A DNA stretch of 64,000 nucleotides from Gnetum montanum (lineage: Eukaryota; Plantae; Gnetophyta): positions 1-64,000 of the forward strand of contig MNCI01000535.1 in NCBI GenBank assembly GCA_015680685.1, in the 5' to 3' direction. Both the position numbers and the translations under genes were made by a program. Shown piece after piece: positions 62,994 through 64,000 of this stretch (position 1 is the first letter of the stretch; each line of letters begins with the position of its first letter). The notes beneath the pieces are model-generated. The model had not been told where the DNA came from. It saw only the letters and a list, made by a program, of their open reading frames with translations, and did no database searches.

Positions 62994-63909
62994 TGATGAG
63001 AAGCGATATTGTATGGGCCACAATATCTCGTACATGATATTGCGGCTGTCACGATATCACACCCCATGCGATATCATGTACGTGATATCACGGTGTGCTA
63101 TCATATCTATAAATAAGAGGTAGCTCTCCCTTGTTTCCTCATCCTAGGTTAGAAGTAGGGAAACTCTGGCAGATTGATCACTCCAGAGATAGAATATTTT
63201 CCATGTGCCTGCAGTAGGAGTCCTAAAGTGAATGGGATCTTTATTCGAGCAACATTGTACCTGAACATAAGTTGTGTATGGCAATAAATACAAACTTCCT
63301 GTATAAACCTTGTAGTGCATGGAATAGGATTTTATTTAATGTTATTTATTGCTTTCTCTCTCACCCTTCTCTCCTAGTAATGTAGAATGAGTACGACTTG
63401 ATTACAAGCATTTAAGGATGTGTACAGATAATCAAGGAATAGATGCTCATCGCACTTAGGCTAAATTAGATTCTCTCGAACCTTTCCTCCTAGTTAAGTG
63501 CCTCCGTACGACCACTTCGAGCACATGCGTTACACGTGGTAATCCCAGTAACGATTAGCATCTGGTAGCCATGGTTGCATCATTTTAGGGTGTGTACAGT
63601 AAGTGGGAATAGATGTTGATGCTAGGTTAATGTAGAATTAGTTGATTAGTTAGAGTTAGTACTTAGTTTCTCAACCCTTCACCTCAAGATCATAGGAGAC
63701 AAAAACATAAAAAGACATAAAAATCATATACCTCAGACTTGCTTAACCATACACCATGACAACTACAAGTAAGTCTAGGAAGACAACGAATAATTAACCC
63801 TAAGTGTTATATGGGGCATGTAGGCACTTAGTCTGTGGAATTCAACTGGATTGCTCGTGCTACACTCATATTCATATGGTTGAGTGTAGGGGTACCTCGC
63901 TAATCATCA
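62994..63909 (+). mobile_element. Solo LTR (916 bp)
   Basis: TGATGA...TCATCA inverted termini; perfect TSD GCCTT (62989-62993, 63910-63914); CTATAAATA at ~63107. Confidence 0.9.
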
Positions 63910-64000
63910 GCCTTCTACTCAGATCCTAAAGCTTTTTTATTTAGCTTGTAGTCTTTTTTTTCTTTTATACTTATCCATGTTCTCATCTTGCCTATGTAGT

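Overview
Plant intergenic repeat DNA with no intact host gene: a nest of degenerate Ty3/gypsy LTR retrotransposons of the Tat type (RT-RH-aRH-INT order, tRNA-Asn-type PBS). Element A (16044-46932, +, AAGAG target-site duplication) sits inside an older, heavily deaminated relative C1 (-). Element B (27415-45548, -, both LTRs, PBS, PPT) is inserted exactly into A's RT YVDD codons. All three copies share an unusual architecture: gag-protease and RT-RH-aRH-INT are separated by a spacer of about 4.6 kb or more. That spacer carries an antisense multi-exon gene with conserved splice sites and a TATA-like box, arranged head-to-head with the RT-INT ORF. In B and C1 one symmetric exon of that gene translates, through in-frame stops that fragment it in the ORF track, to an FCP1/NIF-like HAD phosphatase domain with a degenerate active site; A lacks that exon. 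Further exons encode a plant-transposon/PMD-like domain and a coiled coil. The window also holds subfamily-specific palindromic motif arrays, a ~180-bp tandem array, a solo LTR with a perfect TSD, other LTR/gag fragments and two assembly gaps. Domain calls come from manual translation and motif recognition, not database searches.
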